A stretch of DNA of 64,000 bases, taken from assembly GCA_964304625.1 (NCBI GenBank), contig OZ199838.1, positions 16,083,731 to 16,147,730 on the forward strand, given 5' to 3'. A program made the translations under genes and the position numbers. This DNA is from Kudoa neothunni (taxonomy: Eukaryota; Animalia; Cnidaria). The notes below the pieces were generated by a model. That model worked only from the letters and a program-made list of their open reading frames with translations, did not search any database and had not been told where the DNA came from. Positions 38,692 through 51,441 of this stretch are shown here, one piece after another. Every line of letters begins with the position of its first letter. Within the stretch, counting starts at the first letter, position 1.

Positions 38692-40987
38692 AAACTTTTC
38701 TTTATGAAAAAAATAAAATTAAATATTTACGAATAAATTTTTTTAGAAATTGTTTCTAATGTTACATGTTTTTGTTTCCATATTATCAGTGTGCTGACGG
38801 TAATCTGATTCATATGCTGCTGACATTGTACGAATTAGATCCGTCAGGTTTTTGTTTGTTGGTTTGTTTGTTTGTTTGTAGTTTGTGAGAGAGATCCGCG
38901 ATGCTTCGATTTTTCAAATTCCATCGTTGAATAAATAGGCTTACAATAATAAGTTGTTCCAAGGATAGAAAAAAAGTTTAAACACGTGTTTTATTCTTTC
39001 GATATATATCACTTAGGTAATGGATAAACACTAGTTCTAATTGTATTTCCTAATGAAACTAGGAGTAATTCTAGTTTTCATCAAATATTAAAACTATATG
39101 ATAGTTTGTAACGATGTTTTTTAATCAAAAATGTTATATAGTTTATAGTTAAATTCAAAAAAATTCGACTCCAAAAATTTTTTTTCAAGCACCACACCAC
39201 ACCACACCTTAACGTTCAAAGAATCACGGTTTGGTCATCCTTGTAACATATGAATTAGCGTCTCTTTGAATCTAAAACAGTAAAATATGTGTCACATGTA
39301 AGATTTAAGAAATATCATAAAATAAAAATAATTCTATTATATATATAAGACGATTATCTGTTTCAGGGATCACTAAAGTTTTTGACTGGCGGGCCGCATA
39401 TTTGAATATTTGATTTCATAAGCTCCGAGGGTCGGATAACAAATTGTATTATTTTGGGAAAACAGTTAAAAAAAATATAAAATTTGTTATTTTTTTATTA
39501 TGAAAAGTCCTCTCCACTATGGCTTCATCTTGGTTTACATGTTGAATTGATTTTGCAACGTTTCATATTTATTTTATGAAAAACAACATATATAGATTAA
39601 ACCGAACTCATATGATGTTGTTGTGAAATTGTTGTCACCAGATATAATATCATTATTTGAAATTGTATTACGCGGAGCTGGAAGAATTTAACATGAGTAA
39701 AAAACGATTATATAGCTTTAATCCTTTGTTAATTAATTAATCTGCTATTGACATATATTAACGCTCTTATCTCAGTTAGGATTTAATTTAAATCAAATTA
39801 ATTCATTGTATGTTGTGCTACACCTTATCAGTTGATTAATGTAAATTTTTGCAATCATATATTTGTATTTTTCTCTTAACGCAAAGAATATCTTTCTTAT
39901 TGAGTTATAAAGTATAAATGAAAATATTGACGATAGCGCTCAATTCACGTTCTCATGTAATGATATAAAAATCTTGCTGTGCATTTTATAATAATCCTTG
40001 AGCTTTGTTGTGAAATATTTGTCATCAAAGCAAGCTCTTGGTATTATATACTCTTGAAGTAAAACACCTGAAATAAAATAGTTCATATAAGTCACATTAG
40101 ATAATAAAATATCGAACTTGATTTTTGTACAATAATGAAATTCTAATTCTAACGCAGGCGCCAACATAAGAAGCAATCGCGTTAACTTGAAAGTATAGAA
40201 TTTGTATAGGTTGGTTTTTAGAATAAAAAAAAGAAATAATAGTATTTGATGTGGCACATCGAATACGAGCCAAGGAACAGTCACTATGGGGAAAATTGTT
40301 CACATAACATTAAATTTGTAGCTTTCAAAGGATATATAATCACCTCAATTTCTAGATTAGCGCACTAATTGTGGAACTATTCTGTTTCCAATAGCATTAT
40401 ATATTTGAATTTTAGGATGAATAAAATTATTATATATGACTTTTTAAAACTAAAGGATGCAACGAGGTAAGCAAAATATGACGTAATCAGCCCTGTGATA
40501 TTATATAATAATAGAATCATACACTAAATAAGTGAACTACTCAACTAATTTTAATGTGTTGATTTATCATTTAATTTTTGAGCTTATATAAGTGTATACA
40601 TAAAGACAGTAGCAGTGTTCTTCAACAGACACATATCAAGTATGAATAGTTAAATTTATCTTGTTTAAAAAGTAATAAAAACTAAAGCAATGTCAATAAA
40701 AGGTTGATTAGACCGAATTCTAAGACACTTCAAGCTACCTCCATACTTAAACCGAAAAATAATCCAGCTTTTGGCCGTTTTGCGTCAAAAGAAGGAATTT
40801 TTGTTAGAAGTTAACCTGTTTGAAATTGGTGACAATTGTAATTATATTGGTGTGAAGAGATGATTTGTAACTAGGAAAAGGTAGAAAAAATCAATAAAGT
40901 AATTGTTCGTACACTGCCGTAAAACGAGACGAAATTGTCGTCGAAGCGATTGTCTCATCCTACAAAACTAGAAATTCGGATAGGTTG

Positions 40988-42839
40988 ATGCCTTCAGAAA
41001 ATTCGAAAGATGAATGTCTTAGCCAGGGTGATAAATCGGACGATGGACTAGATTTGATGTCCATTGTGAACGAGGATTCAAAAGGTATGTTATCTATTTT
41101 TAAATGACCATTGTTTACTCACGCATCTCCATCAATAGATGTTATATTGGTGGCGGATGACAACCCATCACCAACTGTTGATAGCCAGGATGATAATAAA
41201 TCTACAGAGCTACCATGTGAGAACTCTTCAAATATAATAACACCTTCACTTCCAGTCACTCCTGGAATATTTAAAGCTCGTCCAGTACCACCACCGGCCG
41301 ATTCAAAACCTTCGGGAAGGCCAACAAAGCCAACTCAAAATCGTAGATCCAATGGTAGATATAGATCGAATAGGCGGTATATACATTTGGTGGACAATAT
41401 CGTTTTAATATTAATCATGTGTTGTGTAGAGCCTCATTCAGATCATATAATAGAAACAATAACATAGATAATGTAGATAGATGGAAACATGATAAATATG
41501 AGATGGTGTATGGCGATTCGAACACAAATGCAAAGGTATGTTTAGAGTTAGATGCGCTGTTGTGCATTTAATGGTAATGGATGTTAAATTGTTGTTTATA
41601 TTAAGGTGGATGTGTCTACTGTCCCCGAGACTTCAGTTGGATCCAATGTGGAAGAAATTAAAGATTGTATCGTTTCCAAGTTGCAATCTCTAACACTTCC
41701 TAGCAAGCCAGTTGAGGATAAAAAATCTCAACAAAATCCAAAGTAGATATATATATATATATTTGGGCTGTATTGTTTAACATTGGTCGAAGTAGAATGG
41801 ACGATTCAACTACTTCTTATCCAACTCGAAAAACTCGGGAGTCCACTCACAACCAAAGTAGATTTAAATTGATGTGATTGGAGGTGTTGTTATGTGATAA
41901 TTTCCTAGATCCTAAACCAGCTCTTTCTGTCGTTGTGACAGATAATGCTAAGAAGGCGGGCGAACGAAAAAGTCCTACAAGTTCTCCGCCATCTCAGCCA
42001 AGCAGAGTTGACTCACCAAAAAGTACTAATGGTGAAACTACCAATACACGTTCTAATCAAGAAAAGCAGCCACCAGTATCGTCCGCCTCATTTAAATTAT
42101 TACCACTACAGTCATCTACTCAAAGCACCGCTGCAGTTGCTACTGCTGCTGGTTATGGTAGTCACAGATCCCACATCAAAACCGATCACAAACCTGCCCC
42201 AACTAGAGATAAATCCACCGCCAATCCTTATTACCCTCGTACAAACAACAAAAAATATTTCGATGCGCAAAGAAATGAAACCCGAATGGGTAAAAATCAT
42301 TCTAACAACAATCCAGCCCATAGCTATACAGAATACACAAGCTATAATAATCAATCACAAAACCCCAACAACTACTCCGATCCTGCGTATTACACCGCAG
42401 ATCAGGGGTATTACTACTACCCTCCAAATCAATCCTACTATCCATCGGCAAATGATATGATGAATATTCCTATCCAACCTAATGTATATTATCAACAGGG
42501 ATACACACCCAATGTATATTATAATGACAGTGGTGCTCAACCACAATTCCCCTATTACAATCAGCAGATGTAAGCCAACAACCCCTGTTTGAGTGTACAC
42601 AACCTTTTTTTCGATATGTTTAGGTATAATGAAGGCGTCTATTATCAGCCACCGCCATTACTACCGCCGCAAATGGATCCATATTTTTCACCTGAACAAC
42701 AATATTACGTAATTATTCACGTTATACGCTAATCTGTTTTCACCTAGATATCATTTAGGAACCACCTCATAGAGGTACCAATTACCGTTGGGGTGGACGC
42801 TCAAGCCATCATCAAAATCGATCAACTAGACGTCATTAA
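40988..42839 (+). CDS. Low-complexity, probably disordered protein with a WxHD motif and a Y/N/Q/P-rich C-terminus (CASC3/Barentsz-like candidate)
   Basis: Phase-compatible GT-AG exons: acidic N-terminus MPSENSKDE.., R/N-rich segment NRRSNGRYRSNRR|ASFRSYNR..DRWKHDKYE, S/T/P-rich middle, prion-like YYYPPNQSYYP region, and an RG-containing tail ending TAA at 42839. The start and the identity are uncertain. Confidence 0.55.
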
Positions 42840-44040
42840 TATTAAATTACTTTATAATGTTTTACTGTGGATAATGGTTGTTTACTGTTTGTTGGTTTTT
42901 ATTATTGTCAACCGACTATTTGTATTATCAAAGAGTGGTGGTTAATTGCTAAAATTGGTTGGTTCGTGTGAGCGCTTTTTATGCCTCGCCCAATTACACT
43001 TTATTAATTTTAACAAAATAATGTTAATTGTCGCTAATTATTTAAAATGATCAATTGTTTCACGTAATTGTTCTTTATTAATTAGACGTCGTTCGCAATA
43101 ACTGTTTCTCACGCGCCATCCATTTATTATTATAATACGAACAATTGAAAACAACTAAATGAGTACAATACTTACTTAATAAGATAGCGTTACTAATTCT
43201 CTCAGATTTATTCAAGCAATTCCCGTCAGACTATTGTGAGTGTTTGTGAAATTTATTATGTGTTATAAATTTAAGTGATGACTTAAAATTAATCTCATTG
43301 TCAACAAATTATTTTTATCAATTATATAATTAAATAATTACTTAATTAGTCAATATCAAAAAAATGACTCGGAAAGACATACAACCAATTAACATTTAAA
43401 ATGCGTACTATGTAAGTTCATTATAAACCTCAAAATATTTTGGCGCATAATTAATTTGGCGCATAATTTGTTGTGTATACATTATTTTAAATACTAATTC
43501 AATGAAAATCACGGTTTTCGATATGAGTATATACCGTTACATTTAACGTTGTCAAAGTCATTTTTAATCGTAATCTTTCATAAATAAACACACCAAAAGT
43601 TTGTCTAACAACTTTGATTCAAACCAACTCATACTCAATAGGCAGACTTTCTATAATATAGGAAATAAATAAAATTTTCTTTTCAATAATATAATATGAT
43701 TTGGTTGTATTCCAAGGTCTCACATGGCTGCCTCTTATGCGTTTATCTCATGGTGAATTGCTATATCACTAAGGTTCCAATATAAAATACAATAAAACGA
43801 GATTTTAAATTGTAAATTTTAGTTTATTTCGAACTTCTATTCCAATATTAGTTTATCTGTTATTATAAAAATGCAATGAAGCAAAATTAATTTTTGTGAA
43901 CAATAAACTCAAAAAATCAATCCACTTGCACACACACACACATGTGACAACATGAGATCTGGTTGAATGAAGCACGTTTAATACGTATTTCATGAAAATT
44001 AAATCGTCCATTTCAAAGTAGATTCTGATTAAATTAAGAT

Positions 44041-46520
44041 ATGAACGGGTTAAAGTAATTTTTTAATTATAATTGAATTGGCAACCGTTTTAGATTAATG
44101 GTTAAAAATTTGATTGACCCAATCAATCTGAAAATCATTAACTCACGAAAAGTGTACAAATTGAAAAAAACATTAAAGCTGGTCAATAAATTGAAAAATG
44201 AGTACAAAGAACACCCTCTTGAGTTCGAATTTGCTGATTTTAAATTCAAAAAAATTCTAAAGAATATTCAAGATTATTTGATGGATATAATTCTGCTATT
44301 AGAAACCTATAAAGTTGAACCAGATTATGACAAATTCCTTACTATCATAACCAAACAAATCAAATATTTGTGTAGAAGCTGTATACGCATATGCAAATCT
44401 AACAAGAATCTACTTCCAATACAGTTACATGTGCAGTTGTGGTCCACAAATCAAATACGTTTTCTATTCATCTCCTACGAGCTGGAACATATAAAATTTA
44501 ACGAGGTTACCATCAAATGCACATTGAGAGACAAAAAAGCGATTGAATTTTGGTTCAAACACTTTGGTTCACAGTAAGTTATTATATTCTGTCAAATGCA
44601 CTATTAAATGGTCTGAATATATTTTATATTAATTGGAAAATTCAATATGATAAAATCACGTGAAATTGATGAGAGCGTTAAATTATTTATAATCCGTATA
44701 ATCACTTGCTTTTTAATCGTTTGAGAAATTAATAAAATACAAATTCCAAATAAAAAAATAATTTTGAGTTGGATGTCTAATTGTTCGATGAATATGTTTT
44801 AAAGAAAAATCGAGTCGAAAATTTTTTTCTGCGGAGTGAGAGTTTGATCTATATTATAATTGTGCCAGCAAAAGTTTCTTATCTGAAATTAATCTCACTT
44901 TATAAAGAGTTGTATAATGATGCTTTTATTGAGAAAATATTAACCAAACATAAATTTTTGTATTAAATAATTTAAAAATAAACTGCATATGACCGCGGAA
45001 AAGGCTTAATTTTCGGTTTTTAGTAATTAATGAATGTGGAAATTTATTTAACTTGAAAATCTTTAATTGAGGATTAAAATAAACAGAAGTCGTTTATTGT
45101 AAAAAATACAACCACGTAAACGGTGGAATAGCGTAACTTAACTAATTAAAAGTTTTAAAGTGGAATTTTATTAGTTTAATGTAAAACAACTTTTTCATTC
45201 ATCATAATTTTGAAATAATGTCCTATAAAGTTCTGGTAGTTTATGTCGAGTTGTTACGAAGCGTCACGGAGTTAAAATAAACTAAATTTCCCTCATTTTA
45301 ATTTATAATAAATAAAAATTAACATACTTTTGTGAAATATAATTAAATGAATATTTCGTTAGAATTTTACTAAAAACAGATGAAATTACATATAATTAAA
45401 ATATCAATAAATTATTAATGTCTTCATAGCAATGTTTAAATCCAAAATTTTTTAGAATAATAGTAAAAATCAGTGAATTTGTGGATTTGATGATTCGCGA
45501 CCAACAGCAATTTTTAACCAGGCGCCAAAAAAAGATTCTTATTGATAATTTGAACTTCTCGGCAATGACTACATATCTGTGTATGGATTTTATATGTTTT
45601 GTGAGTTGTTTGGAGAATGGTGGGACATATTGTATAAATGGAAAATCTTATGTCTTTACCACAGTGGTTTTGTTGGAATGATGACCAAATTAGATATTCA
45701 TTTTCACCTGATTCGCTATATCTCAACTCCAGGTGTCTATATATTTACGCCCTGCCTGTCTCGAGCTGGAAAATGGGTAATTACCTACATTAGTAGCACC
45801 AACAAAATTGTTACAACTCGATTGTACAATAGAAACATTGTACATGCACTACTTCAAGGTCAAAATAATAAAATGTAAGTGTATCCGAAATACGAATGGC
45901 TCCACTGCAGGCTCTTATCTAATTATTTATCACATTAAATTAAAATATCCAATAGTTTGTTGTATCCGGACAATCATCCAACCACCCTGAGATAAACAAA
46001 CTTCTCGTGACAACCTCCTACTCCGATATTTATCAAGTGACAAATGAAGACAATAAAATCTATCAAGAGAATGGTTCCCAACTTGAGCTGTGCGAAATAT
46101 GCTATCTCTACGCCAAAGACAGCTCGATTGAACCCTGCCGACATCACATTTGTCATCGGTGCATCGCCAAATGGAACCTACGAAACAGAAACTGTAACCG
46201 TTTTTTCAATCAACGTTAGGGAATAAGATTAATTTTTAGCGTGCCCGTTTTGCCGAGCGGAAATTCAATCAATAAAGGTGTTAAGATTTAGTTATATTGA
46301 TCGTTTCGACAGCACACTTGAGGTCAGTGCCGTTTCCGAGTATATACCGATGCTAGCCCCTCAAACGGCCACCCCATTGTCATCTCAATCCCAGATTTCA
46401 ATAAATATGCTGGAACAGTCCACCACGATGATTAACCCATCTGAGGGGAATAGATCAACTTCGTACAGTTCGATTGGAGTACATCTTAATCCGGTTGAAC
46501 GGTTTGAGAACCATATCTAA
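44041..46520 (+). CDS. CBL: Short Cbl-family E3 ubiquitin ligase (TKB, linker, RING, short tail); 1-nt frame breaks in the assembly
   Basis: AIEFWFKHFG, GNDYISVYGFYMFCELFGEW, PGVYIF..SRAGKWVITY, ALLQG, LLYPD, VTNEDNKIYQENGSQLELCEICYLYAKDSSIEPCRHHICHRCIAKW and CPFCRAEI align collinearly with c-Cbl. Frame shifts are needed near 45561 and 45980. Confidence 0.88.
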
Positions 46521-46953
46521 ATCCATCAATAAATATTATAAATTTATTCACGATTTATTGAAATTATTTGATTATTCCTCTATGAAATATTTCCATTTTG
46601 ACGTGTATAAATTCGTGTTTATTGTATTTCATGTAAGGTAAGTCAGTTCAAATTCGTCCTAAATAATCTTTTTTCTATTAGGGATGATAGATTTAACCAC
46701 AATTAAAAATAACATTAAAGAATTTTTTTAATTAAATTTTCGGTTCGAAATTTTGTAAATTATAGTAATATAACAAATGCAAAATCATTTTTCTTAGTTT
46801 AACTTGTTTTCATCTTTAAGTTTTAGTATACCACGGAAATATCTTAGGAGGAGAGGTTAATTCAAAAAATTAATGAATGGAAATTTGATTATAAGAAAGT
46901 ATGTGATAACCGAAAACACCACTTTGAGCATGTTTTTTCACCAATGTAATGAA

Positions 46954-47031
46954 TGGTTGCGGGCAGGGTTCGAACCCACGAGCCGTAGCTTATAGCTTAA
47001 AAGGCGGTGATGCCGGAACGTTCTGCCGCTA
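46954..47031 (-). pseudogene. Degenerate tRNA-like sequence (tRNA pseudogene or SINE head)
   Basis: The minus strand has a T-arm/B-box GTGGGTTCGAACCCTGC and ends CGCAACCA. I could not form a complete acceptor stem or D-arm. Confidence 0.35.
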
Positions 47032-50000
47032 ATCGCGCATACATTACCTTTAATCACGTCCCTTACATAACCAACCATTACAACCAGTTTCTCGGTGTTA
47101 TGTTTTAATTAAATATATAAATATGGAAGAGGTGAATTCTGCCCAAGAAATAACTTCTAAATTTTAACCAAATCTAGCTTCGGATAAAATCGTTACCACG
47201 TGTGATATCACGTTCGTTTATTAAAACATGTGAATTATTTCATTCTCTACATATTAATAACTAATTTGTTACTTAATATCATTTAAATTATTTTTTAACA
47301 TAACTCCTTGACCAATAAGTGAGCTTGGGTGCTGCTCTTTACCAATGATTTTATATTTTTCAAACAGAAAAAATTGATTTCATCGTAATTTTCAAGCTTG
47401 AAATAGACGTTTATCTATTGTATATTATGTAAAAATACGATTTTTAGTTTATAATTTTTTTTAGTATATTTATATTTAGAAGAGAAATTTTTATGGCTGA
47501 GTCAGTACTAAAATTCGAGCATGAAAATCTAAATATTGTTTAATTTCTTATTTTGGTGCTTAAATCTTAGAATTACCTTATTAAAAAATTTGCAGTGATT
47601 ATAGAATTATACAGTCAAAAATATTATTCAATGCTATGCCGCATAGTTGTATCTTATCTAAAACTAGCCCTGTTTCACCATGGCTTTATTTTTACGCCAA
47701 GTAGATTAAAACCTGAAGTGGGACTTAAGTCTTTTTGATTTTTAAGTAAATTGCGCTGTTGCCCTGCTTACTATGTGATGGAAAATTTTTAATTTTCTAT
47801 TTTAATTATTGCGTTTTAAAGCTTGTCATTATTTTTGCAATGTGATGATTTAGAAAAACAAAATTATGAGCGCACTTTACATTCAAATATGAATAGAAAT
47901 ATTGTTTGTAAATTAATGAGTATTTTAAAGTTTATTTCACAAATAAATGACCAAAAATATAGTTACCTTAATTTTATGAGCAATTTGATTAACGATTAAA
48001 GTTCATTTATTTACCAAACAAAACCATTAAGTAACTTAAATAGGACTTTCAGTTCTTTTCAAAATTTTGCGATAAAAATTAAACCATCTGGTTATAAAAT
48101 TTATTATTAGCCTACAAACGATAAAAAAATAAAATTGACTTAGGGTGTGTCCAAAATAAAAATATTAAATGTTACTCCTTTTTTCAATTTTGTAAAGGAT
48201 GTTAATGATGTTTTAAAAGGCTGAGGGGTAATTTACGTAATCACTATTTTAATATAATTTCCAGATTTTTAAATAAATAAAACCTTTCTTTTTAACAAAA
48301 ATACTTACTGGTTCGAAAATATACAAATACAATTCAATCTAAAATGTAAAGGTGTTTTTGGTTTGAAAAATTACAGTAATGCTTAAATGTCAACTGGTTT
48401 TCTCGAAGGAGTGCACCCTTCTTTAAAACGAACGTACTTTTTGATTTTCTAACAAAATTTATTTGTATTGAATTATTCTTAAATTAACAAAAAATTTTGT
48501 GAGAATATCGGTTAGATCGAATAGGCCAATAATTTCTTATTAACTCACATGGTACCTATTGAGAGGGGACTGTATTTTGTGGAAAAGTAATCGTGAATAT
48601 AAATTCTTAAACTACGTATAGAATGCGGCGTCGCATACTTTCATGCAGCTTTTATATCATAATGAATTATTTTTAGCGAAAAGAAAATTATATATTGATT
48701 TGAATATTAATCTTAAGGTCTGGCTAGAGGTAAGATATAATTAGGTTACTAAGAACATAAACATTATTTAAAAAATTATCTCATCAAATATAGAAACTTA
48801 TCGAATTAGTCATGTCAGATGTTTTTCAAGTAAGTTTAGGAAACCAAAAATGAGTAAAAAAATCGAAAAGACGAATATAGTTTCAATCTCAATCGATATA
48901 TTTAATAAAAAGAAATTTTCACATCTCAGGATTTCCAATGGAACCTAATTTTCATTTAAGAACTTATCACAAAAATTTGATTGTATGAAAACTCTACACA
49001 TTTCTCACATCGTTTTTAGAATGCGTATAGAGACCCAAATTATTTCAACGTGGCAACAACTCGTAATCTCAAATTATATGTTTTTATTTAAAATGATCAT
49101 CATATATTTTGCTTAACTATATCCATAAAGTTTGAAAAATGAAAAATACATCCTAAAATAATATGATTACGCTTCAAATTTTAAGAAGAATGCAATATCT
49201 CTTGTATATATGGCTCTAACAGCATTATCTATCTTAAAATTACTCCAAGCGGCATATATAAACCTTCTTAGAACATTTTATACCATACTTCAAAGATTCT
49301 CTTGGTATACAGTGAATGATTGTTTATTTTAATTGACTATCACTCCGAAGTAAACAAACATTAAATACTATTCAGGTACCTTTAATCTAGTAATTGATGT
49401 AAACAACCAGAAAATTCTTTACTTCTAACTGCGGTATTTATTATACTTGTATTTCTAAATAAATGAACGATTTTTATTAATGGTTTCATCTATTCAAATG
49501 CGAACTAAAAGCTGTATTCAAAAAAAGTTTCTCCGTGGCACAGGTGCACTTGTGGACACACTGACACATTGACACACAAAGGATTACATATATATAAATT
49601 AATAAAATAAAAAGAATATTTTTCTATTGCCAAATTTTAAATTATTAAACAAACATGAAAACGATAAAGCGAAATAATCTTTATCTAATTTTTGGATCTT
49701 GTTTTATATTACCCGTGGACTTAATTTTCCCACAAAATTTTGAATCAGCTACGTCTTATCACGTACAGAAATACAGAAGGAGGGGCGAGTCCGATTTATG
49801 TTGAGAAGCGCGCTCCTAAATAGTACACGAAGCATACGCAAATGCAGTTTCAATTTCCTCCACTCCTACGTAAAGATTACTAACATGGTTCTTTTTAGAA
49901 TATAGAATAAATAATTATTTTTGGATAATCATTAATTTTTGTATGTGGCAGAAATTATCATATAATTCTAAAACAACACACCGTGAGTTTAATTCTAATG

Positions 50001-50099
50001 GTTTGATGGCCATTTTTAAAATAAAGTTTTGGCAAATTTGTTTACGTTTTATTCTGATGTTTAAATCATCACGATGACAATTAATTTCTTTGATGATAT

Positions 50100-51050
50100 G
50101 AAGATTTTATCTTTTGTTTTCCACAAAAGAAGCAATAACTATGGACCGTGAAGAATAGGAGGCGAGGCGCGAAAATATTTTTGTTAATAATTTCATTTCT
50201 AAGTTCGGTTATGTTTTTCAAAAGTGAAACAGGAGTATTCTCGTTTAATCCCTTCAAAAAAGGTAATTCATATACTTCACCGAATAAGGATTTAAGGTGG
50301 TTGAGTTAGCGGTGAGAAAATTTTTAAAGCGTAATCGTCCAACGTCACCAACTTGGCCACCTACCGAATTCACCAGTGCTATCGTGTATAGCGCGATATC
50401 CAATTCGGTAACCAAACAAGATTCCGCCTATAACTCAAGTAAACAAATATTATTTTTATTGGCCAAATTTGATATACATCTCCATTATTGAAATTTGATT
50501 CTAGACCTCGTTTAAGATTAATATAAAAATTATTATTAAGACGATAGCTATAAGAAAAATATAGTTTGTTAATCCCTTCAAGATGGGGCTGGTTCTTCAA
50601 CGCGAACCTCACGACCCATATTTTTACATTTTTCTTTTTATAGACCATATATAATTATTTAAATTTCTAATAAGTCTCGTTTGAAGTTAAATCTCAATTA
50701 CATCAAAATATTTAGTTTTCATCAGAAAGCTTCAAAATTCATTCTAACTATTAATTTTTATAATATATCGGTTCAATTAATCGTATCAACGGAATTAAAA
50801 GGAATGAAACACGCTATAGTTAATAATTAAAAATAATATAAATCTAATTACGTCATATCATCAGTCCTGCAGATGATAACCGACGTCATAAAGGTTTATC
50901 CTTTGTTCAGGATTCTGATTCAAAATATTCTAAAATTTATAGAAAATATGAGAAAATAGACCTCATACCGCCCCCCGTGATTTCCGAGTGCACCACCCTT
51001 CCAATGTTAAATGTTATAAACTCTATCTGTTCACTCCGCCCAATCCCATT
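50100..51050 (-). pseudogene. Heavily decayed LTR-retrotransposon (gypsy-like) integrase remnant
   Basis: Minus-strand fragments occur in integrase order: VHSEITGGG..VIC (HHCC-like), VRFALKNQPHLEG (like F.TPYHPQ.NG), ILFGYR..AIHDSTGE. Many stops and frameshifts. Confidence 0.4.
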
Positions 51051-51441
51051 TATAGGCTAAACATAAAGTTTCACTCTAGAATGAAAAACAATTTGAAAAT
51101 CTCAAATAATTTAATTGGAACACAAAACTTTTTTTTAATTCCTTAATCCTAACCAATTAACAAAATTGAGGTGTATATCGAAGATGAGCCCTATCAACTA
51201 ATGATGAAACTAAAGTCCCGAGTGTGATCGAGTTTGAATACGTCCAATCTACAACATTTTTGAACGATTCGGTGTTTATTGAAGAGAGCTACTCGACTGA
51301 AACTGTTTACAGTGGCGATAGTTTTTGTTGATTGACTGATTTTATGATAAAAACTGAGTTTGGATTATTTTTTTTTGAAAAAGAAATTTTCGTTCAAAAA
51401 TAAAAATTTTTAAAAATGAATTGAAATGTGGAAATGTGCTG

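Noticed and set aside
35930-40330. Scattered coding-looking minus-strand fragments (about 35950-36550 and 39940-40330)
   Set aside because: No recognisable family, and I could not assemble a consistent spliced model. It could be a decayed orphan gene but is unsupported.
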